A DNA stretch of 64,000 nt from Verrucomicrobiota bacterium (GCA_029573725.1 JAKQDQ010000093.1:140963-204962); one strand, 5' to 3'; positions 48,454 through 57,582 are shown, numbered from the stretch's first letter. Notes: generated from the sequence alone by a model not told the origin. Made by a program: numbers and translations.

Positions 48454-48496
48454 GATTGCAACCTCCGACATCCCGCTCGGGCCGCCCGTGCCGCGC

Positions 48497-48772
48497 CTAC
48501 GCGCTCTGACCTGGCGGTTGGTGGCGATCGAAATGCTCAACCATGGCTTGAACCGCTTCTTGTTCGTCGTCGCCGGAAACCTCGACATCCATGTAGGAAA
48601 CCAGGCTCGAGGCCAGGATCAAGATTCCCAAAATACTCTGGGCGTCGGCCAACTGTGCCCCCGCGCGGAACAGGATGCGGGAACGGAACCGACGCGCAAG
48701 TTGCACCATTTGAATGGTCGCCCGCATGGGAAACCGCCGGTCCCACGCCACTTTCACTCGTGCTTGCTTCAT
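48497..48772 (-). CDS. HPr-family protein lacking the catalytic His15 (Ser46-type regulatory HPr or Crh-like)
   Basis: From the ATG at 48772. The protein aligns by eye to HPr along its whole length. RRFPMRAT corresponds to GLH(A/T)RPA, ADAQSILG to SAKS(L/I), and SGDDEQEAV to GEDE..A. Confidence 0.7.
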   Translation of the reverse strand: MKQARVKVAWDRRFPMRATIQMVQLARRFRSRILFRAGAQLADAQSILGILILASSLVSYMDVEVSGDDEQEAVQAMVEHFDRHQPPGQSA

Positions 48773-48891
48773 GGTATTTCCAATATTAACCAAGTCCTTC
48801 GACCGGGCCAAAATGCGTTCGTTCAGATTTTGGACGGGGAGCAGGTAAATCGCTCAACGGCGGCGACGATCCCGCTGGTGAATCGGAAAGC

Positions 48892-49770
48892 TTACGGATC
48901 TTTACGCGACGAAACACGGATGCCCAACACATTGGCCACAGCGCGCTCCCGCCCATCGGAGGGCTGATTGAGAATTCTAAACGTATTTTGATCCGGCTCC
49001 CGCACCGCCAGCACGGAACTGCCGCCGCCATCCAGATTCAAGCCTTCGGTACAACCACGGGCCAACAACTCCTGCGCCAGTTCCGTGTAACTCATGCCGG
49101 TCGCCAGGCCGGGTTTGCGGCCGTCCACCACCAGCAAAATCATCCGGGTCGCCGGTCGGTTCAATCCCGCGGCGGTGCGCGGATGACGCGCCGGGTTGTC
49201 ATGCCGGACAATTTTGCCATCGTGAACCAACAGCACATTTCCCGAGAGCAACTCCCAATCATCCGGTTCAGGCTGCCGCGCCGGGCGGATGCGGGTGCGC
49301 CCCGCCCGATCCACCACCAGCGCCGGGCGGATGCCCGAACCCGCCGACCACACCTTTCCCGCGCTCACGGCCGGCCCGGACACCGCCGCCCAAACTTCGT
49401 GGCGCGGGAGAGGCGTTCCCGCTCCGGGGTTGGTCCGGCAGATCTTGAAAAAGTCGCCGTTCACCACCAGATCGAATTTCTCCCGCATGGCTATTTGCGT
49501 CGGACGCATCAAGGTGGTTTGCCACGGGCCGGAGCCGTCGGGATCCGCGCCGCCAGGGGCGACATGCAAGCGCAACTGCGGCGTTGTCAGATCAATCTCG
49601 GCCACAAACAGGCACTGCGGTGGATTCGTGCGCACCTCGGAATAAAGCACCACGCCCGGAAACGGATGCTCGGTCGTCAAGCTATCCGCGCGGGCCAAGG
49701 GCGAACCCAGCAAACCAAATCCTGCGCACCAGATTGCAAAACAGCGAATGGAACGGAATGAAGTCAGCAT
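48892..49770 (-). CDS. Secreted phosphodiester glycosidase family protein (DUF2233/NAGPA-like)
   Basis: Signal peptide from the ATG at 49770. The C-terminal LNLDGGGSS motif and the overall pattern are typical of the family. Confidence 0.75.
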   Translation of the reverse strand: MLTSFRSIRCFAIWCAGFGLLGSPLARADSLTTEHPFPGVVLYSEVRTNPPQCLFVAEIDLTTPQLRLHVAPGGADPDGSGPWQTTLMRPTQIAMREKFDLVVNGDFFKICRTNPGAGTPLPRHEVWAAVSGPAVSAGKVWSAGSGIRPALVVDRAGRTRIRPARQPEPDDWELLSGNVLLVHDGKIVRHDNPARHPRTAAGLNRPATRMILLVVDGRKPGLATGMSYTELAQELLARGCTEGLNLDGGGSSVLAVREPDQNTFRILNQPSDGRERAVANVLGIRVSSRKDP

Positions 49771-49833
49771 CGGTTGATCAATTGCCATTGCCACACCTGG
49801 GCGTTCCCATTCCCAACCTGGACCGATCACGGC

Positions 49834-51234
49834 TCAAACTGGATTCGGATGTTGCCACGGACTGCGATACTCGCGCTTCAGCAATTTGGTGACGCTGTCA
49901 TTTCCCATTGCCACCCGTTGCTTCGGATCGTAGTACACCGGTCGTCCCTGATCCATGGCCAGGTTGGCGAGAATGCAACTGGCGGTCGAAATGTGTCCCT
50001 CCTCGATGTCCGCCACCGGACGGCTGCGTTTTTCGATGGCCGCAAGAAAATCCAGCATGTGCCGCCGCGTGGCTGGAGCGGCGTTAAGTTCAATGTCCTT
50101 CTCGGTTAAATCCTCGGGATACTGCTCGCGTTCGTACACACAATCGAAGTGCAGCGATTTTTCATTCCGCCCCATGGGAATAAAATCGGCGCGCATTACA
50201 CTGGCTTTGAGCGTGCCTTTTTCGCCATAAATAACCAGCGCCCACGGATAATCCGGATCGGGCGCGCTGCCCCAGGTGCGGTGTTGCCACGCGACGTTGA
50301 ACTCCTTGAATTCAAACACGGCGTGTTGTGTGTCCGCGATGTTGGATTTCCCTTCCTTCTGCACGAAGATGCCGCCCGTGGAATGCACGGCTTTCGGCCA
50401 GCCCAGATCCAGCAGCCACCGCGCCCCATCCAGCATGTGGACGCACATGTCGCCCATAATGCCGTTGCCGTACTCCATGAACGTGCGCCACCAACTCCGA
50501 TGCGGCAGCCGGTCGTAGGGCCGCAACGGCGCCGGCCCGGTCCACATTTCGTAATCCAGAAAATCCGGCACGGGCTCCACGGGAGGATTGCCGTTGGCGC
50601 GCATGTGATAATAGCAACACATCTCGACCATGCCGAGTTTGCCCAGCAGTCCGGCCTCCACCACCTGACGTTTGACTTCGATCCAATGCGGGGTGTTGCG
50701 CCGCTGCAATCCCACCTGCACCACGCGCCCAAGTCGCCGGGCCGTGTCCAGCATGGCTTCCCCTTCGCGCACATCCCGGCTGATGGGTTTCTGGCAATAG
50801 ACATCCGCCCCCGCTTCCATCGCGGCGATGGCATGCAGCGCATGCCAGTGGTCCGGCGAGCCCACGAGCACGATGTCCAGATCCTTCTCGCGCAACATCT
50901 CGCGATAATCCCCATAGGCGCGCGGTTTGCGCTTCGATTTTTGCCGCTGACTGGCCAGCTCCACCGCCCCCGCCAGCAGATGCTGATCCGGGTCGCAAAT
51001 GGAAACCACCTCCACCGGGGCCACCTGAATCAACCGCCACAAATCACTCTTGCCGTACCAACCCGCCCCAATCAGCCCCACCCGCTTCGGTTTGCCATGG
51101 ATCAAATCCAGCGCGTCCGCCCCCCAGCCGGGCAGGGCCGCCAAAGCGGTGATCGCCGAGGCCGATTTAAGAAACCGCCTTCGGTTGATGTTGAATACCG
51201 CAGGCGGAACAGATCCGGTATTGGCGAATTTCAT
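49834..51234 (-). CDS. TAT-exported Gfo/Idh/MocA family oxidoreductase
   Basis: From the ATG at 51234. Twin-arginine signal NRRRFLKSASAITALAALP, then the Rossmann motif VGLIGAGWYG. Confidence 0.85.
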   Translation of the reverse strand: MKFANTGSVPPAVFNINRRRFLKSASAITALAALPGWGADALDLIHGKPKRVGLIGAGWYGKSDLWRLIQVAPVEVVSICDPDQHLLAGAVELASQRQKSKRKPRAYGDYREMLREKDLDIVLVGSPDHWHALHAIAAMEAGADVYCQKPISRDVREGEAMLDTARRLGRVVQVGLQRRNTPHWIEVKRQVVEAGLLGKLGMVEMCCYYHMRANGNPPVEPVPDFLDYEMWTGPAPLRPYDRLPHRSWWRTFMEYGNGIMGDMCVHMLDGARWLLDLGWPKAVHSTGGIFVQKEGKSNIADTQHAVFEFKEFNVAWQHRTWGSAPDPDYPWALVIYGEKGTLKASVMRADFIPMGRNEKSLHFDCVYEREQYPEDLTEKDIELNAAPATRRHMLDFLAAIEKRSRPVADIEEGHISTASCILANLAMDQGRPVYYDPKQRVAMGNDSVTKLLKREYRSPWQHPNPV

Positions 51235-51438
51235 GCCGGGATTATGCACCAGGCCGCAAACCGGAGGCAACCCCCGAACCCCGTTCGGTGCGGGCTGACA
51301 TGGTGCAGGAGAAGGCGTTGACCGTTCCATCCGTCCGGTCGCGAAGCCGGAGTCACCGGTGATTCAATGCGGGCGCTCACCTGCCGCCCAGGGAAGCCGG
51401 GGAAAGGAACCAGCCCTCATCAGTTGGTTGAGAAAGGG

Positions 51439-51513
51439 TGGCTCCAGAGGAAGGACTCGAACCTTCAACCACACGGTTAACAGCCGCGTGCTCTACCATT
51501 GAGCTACTCTGGA
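51439..51513 (-). tRNA. tRNA-Asn (anticodon GTT), CCA encoded
   Basis: Hand-folded cloverleaf: acceptor TCCAGAG/CTCTGGA, D arm GCTC-AATGGTA-GAGC, anticodon arm CGCGG-CTGTTAA-CCGTG, variable loop TGGTT, T arm GAAGG-TTCGAGT-CCTTC, discriminator G, CCA. 75 nt. Confidence 0.93.
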
Positions 51514-51859
51514 ACCCAGATCAAGTCGGACGCGAACTCTACAAACCGCCATCCGCCGCGTCAAATGATTTTCCCGCCGGACCGCGCGCGACCGGACACG
51601 CTTGCGACCGCTGAAGCCCGGGTGCCGCCGCAGGTCTTCCCCGATCGCATGCGTTGCGGCGGCGATCCCGCTGGCAGATGGAGTGAGCCGCCGAAACTGT
51701 CCTGCGCCCCGGAGCCTTCCATGGCGGCGTGACGCTTCGCTTTCCGCCGCACTCCAAAATGCTTCCGCATTCACTGAGCCCCTTCGTGCCGGATGTCGCG
51801 GTTCAGAATCAAGCCGCCGAATTCCGGCGGAACGGAAACGACGAACCAATGCGACACCT

Positions 51860-53398
51860 CTATTCCCACCGATACCGCCAGACCCAGTCGCCTTGAGCCA
51901 CCAGTGACGATTTACCCTTGCTCAGCGCCACCGTGCCCCCATCGTCAGTCTGGTTCCACCCGACGGAGTAGAGCACGAACGAACCATCCTCGGGGCGACG
52001 GTATTTCAACGGCTGGCCATTGATGATGTCGTGGGGGAGTTGGGCAAGGAATTGCGGCACGAGGACATCGAGAGTTTCAGGATAACTGCCGTGGGCCAGG
52101 CGATATCGTTCGAGCGCACAAGCCACCCGGGCCAGATCCACTGAGGCCTGGGCGAAGGCGAACTTTTCCACCGCCTTGCCAATGGCGGGAAACAGCATCA
52201 AGGCTTGAGCTTTGTACGGCGAGTAGGATTGGCCCTGGGATTTCACGGCCGCGGCGCTGGCTTGTGCGACGGCGGGCGACACAACCCGGTTGGTCAAATC
52301 CACCATCGGCAGGACGTACTGTTGGTGCAGCTTCGCAAAGGCGAGTTCGTTTTGGTAGAAAAACGCGCTGGGCATGAAGCGAAGGCTGGTCGTAACCAAT
52401 CTATTCGTGCCATGACTTTCCTCCACCGTCTGAATTTCCCGAGTGGTCCGTTGGGCTTCGAAGGCGGCGAGCGCACACGCCCGCTCGCCGCGCATGCCGG
52501 CCTGGTAGTCCGGCAGAAAATCCAACTTCGCCAATACCCGCTCCAGTTCGACCAGTTGTGCCTCCGACCATCGGTGTTGGGCCAGGCCTTCATAAACCGG
52601 CTGCAACGTCAGCGCCATCATGGCCATGCGCACCAGATGGGAAATGAGAAAGGGCTGGTTCCGGATGGAGTCCGTCAGCCGCAGCAGGAGTTTCACGTCC
52701 GCCAGTGCCTGGTCGCTTTGCCCATCGTCCAACTCCGCCAGCGCCCGTAATTCCAGCATCTGTCCGGAACCTTTCAGGCGGGCCAAATAGGGTAACAATG
52801 CCGTGGCGCTCTCAAACCCGTTTTCGTACTGGAGCGGTACTCGCGCCCCCGCACGCTGGCTGGCTTGGCGCAATGCTTCCAGCACGGGATCGAACTCGCT
52901 GAGGGCCAGCAACACATCCGCCGCTGGACTCTGCGGTTGCGGCGCGACTGGAAATGCGTTGGTCGAACCTGCCAGATCGCGAAAGTATTGCTGCCATGGT
53001 TTCAGATCAGTCAAGGTGGCGGTTCGCCAGGAGCCGCCCTTTGTCGGCCACTTTTCTGAATCGCCGCGATAGAGGTTGAATTCCGCCGGGGTTTGCGCGT
53101 TCGTGGAGCCGAGAACGCGAGACACAATCGGGGCGGCGAAAAAGTTCTGGGCGTCCGGCACGACCGGCGGAATGACACTGGCGAGATCGAATCGTTCGCC
53201 CTTCGCCTCCCATTCCTGACGGTATCGCTCCCAGGCGCGTTTGCCCCGCCAGTTTTCCTCCGTGATCACCAAGGCCAGCAACGTCACCAAAGTGACCAAC
53301 GTCACGAGCGCCCGCCGGATGGTTTTCCAGCTGAACAACCACCGGGCCAGGCGGGCCAGGATCGAGGGGCTTGGATTGATGTCACGAGTCTCAGGCAT
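51860..53398 (-). CDS. Membrane-anchored protein with a helical middle region and a GspG/pseudopilin-like C-terminal domain (paralogue of 54454-56190)
   Basis: 512 aa. N-terminal TM segment (LVTLVTLVTLLALVI). C-terminus VACALERYRLAHGSYPETL...PHDIINGQPLKYR...FVLYSVGWNQTDDGG resembles the globular domain of type II secretion pseudopilins. Confidence 0.7.
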   Translation of the reverse strand: MPETRDINPSPSILARLARWLFSWKTIRRALVTLVTLVTLLALVITEENWRGKRAWERYRQEWEAKGERFDLASVIPPVVPDAQNFFAAPIVSRVLGSTNAQTPAEFNLYRGDSEKWPTKGGSWRTATLTDLKPWQQYFRDLAGSTNAFPVAPQPQSPAADVLLALSEFDPVLEALRQASQRAGARVPLQYENGFESATALLPYLARLKGSGQMLELRALAELDDGQSDQALADVKLLLRLTDSIRNQPFLISHLVRMAMMALTLQPVYEGLAQHRWSEAQLVELERVLAKLDFLPDYQAGMRGERACALAAFEAQRTTREIQTVEESHGTNRLVTTSLRFMPSAFFYQNELAFAKLHQQYVLPMVDLTNRVVSPAVAQASAAAVKSQGQSYSPYKAQALMLFPAIGKAVEKFAFAQASVDLARVACALERYRLAHGSYPETLDVLVPQFLAQLPHDIINGQPLKYRRPEDGSFVLYSVGWNQTDDGGTVALSKGKSSLVAQGDWVWRYRWE

Positions 53399-53828
53399 AA
53401 ACAGGTCGTCGGATGGTATCGCGCCGGTCGCTTCGAGGTTGGTGCGCGGCGGGTGTGGGTTTCTGTGGCGACGCAGCGGCCCGGGTTCGGAGCGGCTCGC
53501 TCAATTCGGCCAGCAATCGCTCCTGTTCTGGCAATGCCAGCATCATGCCGCCGGCGCGCGTAGGATTTGCCAGCGTGGTAGTCCCCGGGTCGCGCAGGGA
53601 AGCATTCACCCCAAGCACCAGCAACCACATTGCTGCCAGCGCGGCCCAGGTCCGCCAACACGGCCAGACCAGCTCGTCCCACAGCTTGGACAGCACGCGC
53701 CACGGCAGATTTGATTTCAGCGGCGCAACCGGGCGGGACAGTTTGGCAACCACCTGATGGCGGATGCGATCCAGTTTCGCGTCTGCGGGCCGATGCCGGT
53801 GGAACAGGATGTCTCGCGGTGTTTTCAT
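53391..53828 (-). CDS. Small single-TM protein, putative anti-sigma factor (assigned by position)
   Basis: The ATG at 53828 overlaps the sigma stop (ATGA). There is a central TM segment (WAALAAMWLLVLGV). Its 3' end overlaps the next gene by 8 nt. No recognisable anti-sigma zinc motif. Confidence 0.5.
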   Translation of the reverse strand: MKTPRDILFHRHRPADAKLDRIRHQVVAKLSRPVAPLKSNLPWRVLSKLWDELVWPCWRTWAALAAMWLLVLGVNASLRDPGTTTLANPTRAGGMMLALPEQERLLAELSEPLRTRAAASPQKPTPAAHQPRSDRRDTIRRPVYA

Positions 53829-54379
53829 TGGACCTTCTCCTTCAGCAGTTCCCACAAAGCGCGCCTGGCATAGTGCAAGCGCGACTTCACCGTGCCCAGC
53901 GGCGTGGCGGTGACATTGGCGATTTCGTCGAGGGCAAAATCCTCGATGAAATGAAGCAGCAACACCGACCGTTGCGGCCAGGGCAATTGATTCAACAGGT
54001 TCATGAACTCGACCTCCTGTTCCCGGCGGATGAGCAGATCAGCGGGGTCGGTTTCAAATTCTTCCGGGGCGGCTGCCAGTTCCTCCAACGCGAGCGATTC
54101 ACGATCCTGCTTGCGCCAGCGTTGCAGGCACTTTTGGTGCGCAATGCCAAACAGCCAACTGCCGAACCCGGCATCGTCGCGCAGGCTGCCGAGGTGACGG
54201 GTGGCCGCGATGAAGGTTTCCTGCACGATGTCGAGGCTCGCTTGTTCGTCGTGAACCATTTCATACGCATAAACGTAAAGCGGTTTCTGGTAGCGGCGGA
54301 ACAAAGCGTCCCACGCCTCCGGTTTCCCGGCGCGGGCCTGGGCCACGGGCAGTTGTTCGGGTGCAGCCACCACCAGCAT
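53825..54379 (-). CDS. ECF-type RNA polymerase sigma factor
   Basis: 184 aa. Region 2 is LFRRYQKPLYVYAYEMVHDEQASLDIVQETF. Region 4 is LPWPQRSVLLLHFIEDFALDEIANVTATPLGTVKSRLHYAR. Confidence 0.85.
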   Translation of the reverse strand: MLVVAAPEQLPVAQARAGKPEAWDALFRRYQKPLYVYAYEMVHDEQASLDIVQETFIAATRHLGSLRDDAGFGSWLFGIAHQKCLQRWRKQDRESLALEELAAAPEEFETDPADLLIRREQEVEFMNLLNQLPWPQRSVLLLHFIEDFALDEIANVTATPLGTVKSRLHYARRALWELLKEKVQ

Positions 54380-54453
54380 TTACAATCAGAGGAATACCGA
54401 AGGCGAGAAAAGGTTCAATGAGAACACCGATTTGTGAACGGAGCGAATCGCGA

Positions 54454-56190
54454 TCAAAGCGACGCAGGACAGGTCCACACCCAGTCGCTCTGCGTGGCGT
54501 CCACTGTCCGTTCCTTGTCGGTCTTCCAAGCCGGCTCGCCACCGTCGTCGGTCTGATTCCAGCCCACGGAGTAGAGGAGATAGCCGTGGTCTGAGGTGGG
54601 ACGGTAATGCAGCGGTTTCCCGTCAATGATGTCGTGCGGAACTTTCCCGAGAAACTGCGGCGTCAGCGCTTCGAGCGTCTCGGGAAACTTGCCGTTCGCC
54701 AGGCGGTAGCGCTCCAGCGCGCAGGCCACCTGCGCGGCGTCCACGTAGAATTGCATCCGGGCCGACTTGACGATGGCCCCGCTCAAGACGGGCATCAACA
54801 GTCTGGCAAAGCTGGTGTAAGGACCAGAGCGCATGGCTTTCAACCGCGAATCGAACGCCGCGCACTGCCCGGGATAAACCCGCCGGTCTTTTTCATCCAC
54901 CGAGGTCAGGATGAAGTTCTGGAACAGTTCAGAAATGGTCAGCATGTTCTGGTAAAACCAGCCGGCCGGCACCCACGCCAGATCGCGTGTGGAGTATTCG
55001 TTGCCAAGGTAATCCATGGCATTAAGCCGAAAGCGTTGTCGTCGCAGGTAATCCAGGCCGGCGGTATTGAACGCGCGCTCACCGCGCATCGCGTGCTTGT
55101 ATTCGGCCAGCAAATCCACCGCTGCCAGAGACGTCTGGAGTTCGGCCAATTGAGATTCGTTCCATGCGTGGCGCCACAATCCCTCGCGCAGGGTTTGGAG
55201 ATTGATCGCCAGTCCGGCAATCCGCACGAGGTGGGCAATCAGGGTGGGTTCCTCACGAATGCTGTCCGAAAGCCGCAATCCCACCTCCAGATCCGCGAGC
55301 GCGTCAGCGGATCGGCCCGTTGCCAGCGCAGCGACGGCGCGGAGTTGCGTTACTTGGATCAAACCTTTCAAATCCGCCAAATGCGGCAGGAGAATGCCCC
55401 ACGACGGCTCAAATTCATACTCGATGGGATAACGCGACAAAGGCCGGCTCATCGTCGCCGCGCGGAGCTCGGCCATTTCCAGATCAAATTTCGCCAGCGC
55501 AAACGCGATGTCCTCAGCCGGTGTTCCGGCGGTGGCGGGTTGCGGGTAGTTGGTATTGCCACGGTAAAAATCCCGGCAGGCCGCGAGATCGGCGAAGGTC
55601 CCTTTCTCCAGACTGCCCAGGACCAGGTGGTCGTTGGTGAGCCGCCTGGGGCGGGGCGCGAGGTCGGCGCGAATGCTTCGCAGGCGCGCCCGGCCGTTGG
55701 TATCCGTCCACACGACACCCCGCGGGCTGTGGTTGAATTCCAAGGCCGGTTTGAGCAATGGGGTCAGGGCAAAATTCTTCTCATCCGGTACCGGCGGTGG
55801 CGCGAGGTCCGCAATGTTGAATTTCTCGCCTTTGGCCTCCCACTCCCGGCGATGCTGCTCCCACGCCCGCTTCCCGCGCCAGTCTTCTTCCGCGTAGAAC
55901 AGCGCAACCAGCGTGATCAGACACGCGACGCCGAACAGGAACCGACGAACATTCCGCCAGCAACACAGCCAGCGCAGAAAAAAGAAAATCAACATTGCCC
56001 CCGTCGCAATGGCGAGGGAAAAACCCAGACTTCCAATCGCAAACGTGGACCATTCGATATTTCGAGCCGAAATCAACCCGAGGATCAGCAATACGGCAAA
56101 AACCCCCAGCGTCAGGATGAACAGCCAGGCGAGGATCCCCGCCCTGCCTTTGAGAGGCCGTCGCCAAATACTTTTGGGTGCTTCGTCCAT
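54454..56190 (-). CDS. Membrane-anchored protein with a helical middle region and a GspG/pseudopilin-like C-terminal domain (paralogue of 51860-53398)
   Basis: The ATG at 56190 is preceded by a GAGGA SD. It has N-terminal TM segments. It shares these blocks with its paralogue: EEDWRGKRAWE..REWEAKGEKF, AHLVRIA, AMRGERA, VACALERYRLANGKFPETL...PHDIIDGKPLHYR...LLYSVGWNQTDDGG. Confidence 0.7.
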   Translation of the reverse strand: MDEAPKSIWRRPLKGRAGILAWLFILTLGVFAVLLILGLISARNIEWSTFAIGSLGFSLAIATGAMLIFFFLRWLCCWRNVRRFLFGVACLITLVALFYAEEDWRGKRAWEQHRREWEAKGEKFNIADLAPPPVPDEKNFALTPLLKPALEFNHSPRGVVWTDTNGRARLRSIRADLAPRPRRLTNDHLVLGSLEKGTFADLAACRDFYRGNTNYPQPATAGTPAEDIAFALAKFDLEMAELRAATMSRPLSRYPIEYEFEPSWGILLPHLADLKGLIQVTQLRAVAALATGRSADALADLEVGLRLSDSIREEPTLIAHLVRIAGLAINLQTLREGLWRHAWNESQLAELQTSLAAVDLLAEYKHAMRGERAFNTAGLDYLRRQRFRLNAMDYLGNEYSTRDLAWVPAGWFYQNMLTISELFQNFILTSVDEKDRRVYPGQCAAFDSRLKAMRSGPYTSFARLLMPVLSGAIVKSARMQFYVDAAQVACALERYRLANGKFPETLEALTPQFLGKVPHDIIDGKPLHYRPTSDHGYLLYSVGWNQTDDGGEPAWKTDKERTVDATQSDWVWTCPASL

Positions 56191-56204
56191 GCGTTTGTTC
56201 CTCA

Positions 56205-56645
56205 CTAAACGGCCACCGCCGTCTCCCGCCTTTGGCTCCGCGGCCCGGGAGGCGCGGAGTGCTGCCGGGTCGGCGGATGATCTTCCGGGCGGCCCACAAG
56301 TTCGGTGAGCAGCAGGCGTTGTTGTCGCAACGCCCGCAAGGTTCCCGGCGAGGTGATGTTCGCAGCCTGCATCGCCGGAGCCGGCGCTGAATCATCGCGA
56401 GCGGCCAGATGCAAGGCGATGATGACGACCCAGACAGCGGCGAGACCCGTCCAGCCAGCGCGTTGCGGGCGAAACAGGAATGAAAGGACCTGGCGGATCG
56501 TCACCAGCCAGTCGGACGACGCCTCGCGCCGCGTGTGAACACGCGGGGCAGCCTGGCGCGCGGCACCGAGGATTTCCTCCCGCCAGGCGGAAGGCACGGG
56601 CCGCACCGGCTGACGCTGCAATCGCTTTTCAAAGTCGTCGTTCAT
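56205..56645 (-). CDS. Small single-TM protein, putative anti-sigma factor (assigned by position)
   Basis: The ATG overlaps the sigma stop (ATGA). MNDDFEKRLQRQPVRPVPSAWREEIL..., with a central TM segment (GLAAVWVVIIALHLAA). Confidence 0.5.
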   Translation of the reverse strand: MNDDFEKRLQRQPVRPVPSAWREEILGAARQAAPRVHTRREASSDWLVTIRQVLSFLFRPQRAGWTGLAAVWVVIIALHLAARDDSAPAPAMQAANITSPGTLRALRQQRLLLTELVGRPEDHPPTRQHSAPPGPRSQRRETAVAV

Positions 56646-57148
56646 TTGATCTCGTCATACAGGGGACGCAGCCGGTCGCGCAATTTGTCTAGCCCGTAGC
56701 GATAGCGGCTGGCGGCGGTGTTCAGGGGAATTTCCAGCGCGGCGGCAATCTGCTCGAAGGTCAAGCCTTCCCAAAGTTTCAAGTGAACCACGGCCCGCTG
56801 GTCGGCGGGCAACTCTCCGAGCGCGGCGGAGAGTTCGGCGCGAAACGCGGCTTCGTCAGGATCGTCGGTGCGCGCAAAAGCCGGGAGTTGCTCCGTGCCG
56901 AACTGTTCATGCTTCCGGTCGCGCGCGCCGCGCCGGCGCATCAGGTCAATCGCGGCATTGTGGGCGAGGCGGAGCAGAAAGCCGCGTTCGTCGCGCACCG
57001 CCGCAAGCCGTTCCGGCTGCCGGGCCAGTTTCACGAACACGTCCTGGAGCACGTCGCGGGTGTCCGCCTCGTCGCGGGTGAAGTTCAGCAGGAAGGCGAA
57101 CAACGCCTGGGCGTGTTCGTCGTAAAGCCTTTCCAAGTCGGCTGCCAT
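56642..57148 (-). CDS. ECF-type RNA polymerase sigma factor
   Basis: 168 aa. Region 2 is LYDEHAQALFAFLLNFTRDEADTRDVLQDVFVKL. Region 4 is LPADQRAVVHLKLWEGLTFEQIAAALEIPLNTAASRYRYGL. Confidence 0.85.
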   Translation of the reverse strand: MAADLERLYDEHAQALFAFLLNFTRDEADTRDVLQDVFVKLARQPERLAAVRDERGFLLRLAHNAAIDLMRRRGARDRKHEQFGTEQLPAFARTDDPDEAAFRAELSAALGELPADQRAVVHLKLWEGLTFEQIAAALEIPLNTAASRYRYGLDKLRDRLRPLYDEIK

Positions 57149-57582
57149 TCAAGTCGTTCTCGTTCAGGACGCGCGCGGGAACGAAATCTGTCTAACTGAC
57201 GTGCCGGCGGCGTCGGAAGTGGACCGTCATTGATGGAAGCGGTCAAGGAAAGGAGGCCCGAATTATCCGCGCACCGCTGGCAGTCGGGCGCTCCGCCGCC
57301 ACTTTCGCAGATGCAGGTTCAGACAACGCCCCGAGCCCATCACCGCGCGTCCGACCATCCCTTGCGCCGGGTTTCGTCTGCCCTTGCCCCGTCCCGCCGC
57401 AAGGCATCACATCCCCAACCACGTCCGGATATGCCCCGCGAAATTTGCGGGTCACGCCGGCGAGCCTGTTCCCGCAACCCCGAATTGTCAACGCCGGACA
57501 CGCCGGGCGTCACTCCATTCCGCTGCCGGCCTGCGGACGATGGCGGGTTTCCGGGATCATTCACCGCACTCTGATTCGGATG

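Noticed and set aside
51439-51513. tRNA-Asn as the integration site for the neighbouring ECF modules or the low-GC islet
   Set aside because: The modules lie on the 5' side of the tRNA, not the 3' side. There is no integrase, and I could not find a direct repeat of the tRNA 3' end. The low-GC islet is 6 kb away.
53279-53306. 9-nt tandem repeat (GTGACCAAC/GTCACCAAA-like, three units)
   Set aside because: It encodes the VTLVTLVTL part of a transmembrane helix in 51860-53398. It is not a CRISPR array or a regulatory repeat.
54607-56208. 533-aa plus-strand ORF. The same applies to 50149..51321(+), 41908..42966(+), 26855..27817(-) and 43369..44505(+).
   Set aside because: Each is antisense to a gene with recognisable domains or a clear paralogue. 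All have Arg/Gly/Pro/His-rich shadow composition.
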